DNA from: Azolla caroliniana
Taxonomy: Eukaryota; Plantae; Polypodiophyta
DNA length: 9,567 bases
Assembly: GCA_043228905.1 (NCBI GenBank)
Contig: JBHGNT010001351.1
Coordinates: 1-9,567 of the forward strand
Direction: 5' to 3'
Shown here: piece by piece, positions 1-9,567 of the stretch
Position numbering within the stretch: the first letter of the stretch is position 1
Layout of the letters: every line of letters begins with the position of its first letter
Translations under genes and position numbers: made by a program
The notes under the pieces: model-generated
Database searches by the model: none
Told to the model about the DNA's origin: nothing
What the model saw: only the letters and a program-made list of their open reading frames with translations

Positions 1-1483
1 AGTACTGGGTATGTTATTGGGAACATGCACATTCCATATGAACAATTATTCTTGGATGTGAATACGTGTCATGAGAGTCTGAGACAATAGAGGCTAAACC
101 AAATACTTGATAACGGAAATTGATATATCAAGGGAATATTAAAATTTCATTATATGTTTGATTAGGAAGAATTTGCAAGTCATTATCTACAGCCCTTGAG
201 ATGTATATTTAGTTTTTCGACATAATGATCATGCATACCACTTTGGTTTAGAATATCACAAACTAATGGGTGCGATTGACTTTTACGATTGAACACATCT
301 AAGTTTCCCTTTATTTCCCCAAATGTCCCAACCTTTTTATTATTTCCTCCAAATTGGCCCTACTCAATTGAGAATATAGGCTGATAAAGTAGAATACATA
401 ATTTAATTCTTCTAGAGAGGGGTCCAACCGACGACATGTAGAAAAAAGGAAACGTGGGGAGTGTATGGGGATATAACAAAAAATTCAAAGAACTATGATG
501 GAAACATTTACTTATTTGAGTCATAAAAAATAAAAAGGTCAGTTTGCAAACATATATGGCAATGAATGTGGTTCGAGATTTGATAGTCATGGGTTGAAGA
601 ACATATCTTGCAATGCACTTGCTCTAAGATATCATATTCATGTTCATAACTTCTTCATTGTAACTACATAATATATCTTCGTCACGATTTCCTTTTAAGA
701 AAACATTGAGACCGTTTTGACACACATTTAATGGGACATTAAATTCCATGCTATTCATATTGGTTCATGGGATTTCCAATTAATGTATTAGCAAGGTTAC
801 TTCTTCACCCACTAGATAAGATTGGAGCGAATGATTTTATTGCATAAAACTCGCATTTAAAGTTTGTATATCAAGTAAAACTTTGAAAGAAACTAGCACA
901 GTTCGTGAAATGATGATACATGTGATCTACTAAGCACATGTTAACATTTTTGCCTTACAATTGTAGAACAAGATAGTAGGCTGAAGGGAACACCTATCAT
1001 GTTCGTTTTAGCATTTCCCAAGGAAAGAAATGCTCTTGTAATTCAACCCCCTAGTTGTTGTTACAAAACATAACATTATCAATGAATACAAATTCGTTGG
1101 ATAGAGATGGAACTTATTATGTAGGAGAGAACCTAACTTCAATGCTCCATACAAGGATATAAAAGTGTATAAGCCTTTCTACATATGTATTGTCAATTAT
1201 ATGCCCATCGATAGAAACTCATGTGTGAGACTGTGTTTATTCATTAACCATATATTGTAATTTTAACAAGTGTAAATTTAAATATTTTTCGCACATGGCT
1301 TGATAAGGTTGTCATTCTAACAACTTAATGAGATTGCCCATAGGCAAACTATAAATTAAAAATAATTCTTTTTAGGGGGCATCATAATGCATTCAAACAT
1401 TCTTGTCAAGAGAAGATTTTTGGCAACAAACTGTCTTATCTTAGGTCGATATGGATATATCGAAACACAAGAAGTTATAAGAA

Positions 1484-1531
1484 ACGTGGCTACGAACTAC
1501 AATGTTTGAGGTTCAAATCCCTCGTCGCCCA
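1484..1531 (+). pseudogene. trnR-ACG: Degenerate 3' half of an organellar-type tRNA-Arg(ACG) (trnR-ACG-like relic)
   Basis: ACGTGGCTACGAACTACAATGTTTGAGGTTCAAATCCCTCGTCGCCCA matches 40/48 positions of plastid trnR-ACG as I recall it (ACGTGGCTACGAACCACGGTGTCGGGGGTTCGAATCCCTCCTCGCCCA). Anticodon ACG at 1492-1494, T-loop/B-box GGTTCAAATCC at 1510-1520. The 5' acceptor and D-arm half is missing and the stems are disrupted. Confidence 0.75.
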
Positions 1532-2935
1532 CAAGAAACCAATCATCCCCGAAGTGTCCCTATGGTAGAATTTTGTGGATCATTATAGCTAATTGCAAAA
1601 ATTTCCACCTCCATTCAATGAGGCATCCATGTATTATACAAACCTCTGAAATAGAGTACATCGAACACTAATAAGAAAATTTAGATCTGGAGTAAGAGGA
1701 ATATAAACACTCGTAATGAGAGAACTCCACTAAAATCTACTCATGGACTTGGTCATTGGCATATATGATTGTTTTGTATATAGCATTAAATATCATATGA
1801 TGCATCTATCATAGAATTCGATCGACGAGAAGGAAATAGTTACATGACTCAAATCCAAATTCAAAAAACACAAAGAATATATACACCATCTTAATGAATG
1901 TGGCATGGGCAACTTTGTCTTTAAACAAGGATGAGCTACAAAGAACATGCACAAAGCCAAAACCACAATGTTTGTGAACAAACTTATAGGAAGATATGAG
2001 CATGAGAATCACATGTAAGGTACTATTGCATTATAAAGAGAATCCAAGAATAAGATCAACACATACCAATCTACCAACTTCCTGGGAAATTGGTAGGTAA
2101 CTTTTGACACAGCCCGAAACTTTTAACACTTGTATATTTATTCTTGAGTTTCAATAATTTTGTTAAAGAACTTGTTTGAGATCTTTTGTTTTGTCTCAAC
2201 TCGGGTATCTTCCCAGAATCTAATTATCACTCCAATTAAATACTATGAAATTTTCTACAGCAATATGAGGTTCAATAACATTTTCTGTATGTTTAATACT
2301 CAAACCAATGTCATGTTTTCGGCATGTAAATAAGGAGTGGAAAGTTATAGAGATCCTTTAAACACTTTGACAATATTATATTACTAGAACAACTCACAAG
2401 CACTTCTAGACAAGCTCTTAGACAAGATGGAAAAAGAAAACCTTTGAACTTGAATCAAGCAAACATTAGTTATGTACATGTTTTACTATGGTAAAGAAGA
2501 TTTACATTATTGATACCCATCTGTAGTTACCCATGGGAAAATGCCCCAATGGAATGAATTGTTATGGTCTACAAGCACAAAAATTAATCGAAGAAATGAA
2601 AATGCCACCCATATGTTTCAAAGTAACATCAAATGATGTCATGTAGAACCCTCTTTTTTTTATCATTATGATATGCTTTCTTCCTTCCTTTTTAATGAGT
2701 GTTCGAGCCCACCTATCTCGTAAAAAAGATAGACAGAGGTTTTACCATAATTCTACACTAGACTTCGGGATGGGTCTTTTTCTACAATTTAATGCATTTT
2801 GTGTGCCAAAGGTCTTCAAAAGATAAAGGAAGAAAAAAAGCAATTTGATTTTGCCCAATGTTGAATAACCAAAAGACTTCATATATGTATACCTTTCAAA
2901 TTGATAGAAAAACAGAAAAACACACACACAAAGGG

Positions 2936-9112
<6,177 letters not shown>

Positions 9113-9234
9113 TGCATCTCAGAGAGAGATCCAGCCCTGCGTTTGTGTATCTGTCATAAAAACAGATATGTATTTCTTTGTTGTGTGGAATTGTGAGGGA
9201 AGGATGGCGATAAGGGTAATTTATGGGTGCATCG

Positions 9235-9567
9235 TTAGGGTTTCTGAAGACCTAACAACGTCTTTTATGGTTTCTGAGGACCCAATATGGTTTTTTAGCG
9301 TTTCTAAGAAGTCAATTAGGGTTTCCGAGGACTTAATAAGCGTATGTGAGGTCGGCCCTGGAAGGTTTTCTAGGGCTCCTGCGCACCTAATGGGGGTTCC
9401 TGAGGACCCAACAATGCTTTCGTGAGCTTCTGAGGACACAAAATTGTAAGGTCCCCAGAACCCAACAAGCTTTTCTAGGGTTCCTGATGACCTAATTAAG
9501 AATTCTGGGAGCCCAATTAGGGTTCCTGATACGGTTTCTTAGGTCCACTGTTAGGGTTTCTGAGAGC
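9235..9567. repeat. Degenerate short repeat array (core TAGGGTTTCTGAGGACCYAA) upstream of the CRK start, with telo-box motifs
   Basis: Ten or more degenerate GGTTYCTGAGGAC-like copies at irregular ~20-35 bp spacing. Exact TTAGGGTTT (AAACCCTAA on the gene strand) at 9235-9243, 9316-9324 and 9551-9559. The array runs off the window end. Confidence 0.75.

Noticed and set aside
1484-1531. Functional tRNA-Arg gene
   Set aside because: The 5' acceptor strand and D-arm/A-box are absent, and the anticodon and T stems carry mismatches.
360-2927. Short ORFs 360-590, 1793-1981, 1809-2012 and 2742-2927
   Set aside because: All are under 80 aa, rich in Phe/Leu/Ile as expected from T-rich non-coding DNA, and show no domain motifs.
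9168-9439. Opposing ORFs 9168-9425 (+, VSED repeats) and 9221-9439 (-, SSET repeats)
   Set aside because: The peptide periodicity comes from the DNA repeat array. The minus ORF starts at GTG, and neither resembles a known protein.
9235-9567. CRISPR-like or telomeric array interpretation
   Set aside because: Units are degenerate and irregularly spaced, there are no unique spacers or cas genes, the context is a eukaryotic intron-containing gene, and there is no contiguous (TTTAGGG)n run.

Overview
AT-rich land-plant nuclear DNA holding one complete, apparently intact 11-exon minus-strand gene (ATG 9112 to TAG 2936). Joining the exons by hand across ten canonical GT-AG introns gives a 1839-nt CDS (612 aa plus stop). 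It encodes a CDPK-related kinase (CRK): N-terminal MGxC acylation motif, Ser/Pro-rich variable region, full Ser/Thr kinase domain, junction region and degenerate EF-hand C-terminus. The non-coding DNA contains a decayed 3' half of an organellar-type tRNA-Arg(ACG) at about 1484-1531, a ~50-bp degenerate minisatellite filling intron 9, two local duplications in intron 1, upstream AUGs next to the start codon, and a telo-box-bearing degenerate repeat array upstream of the gene. I see no convincing new multi-gene system. The best leads are the tRNA-derived relic, the uAUG arrangement and the upstream array. The host species cannot be determined from this window.
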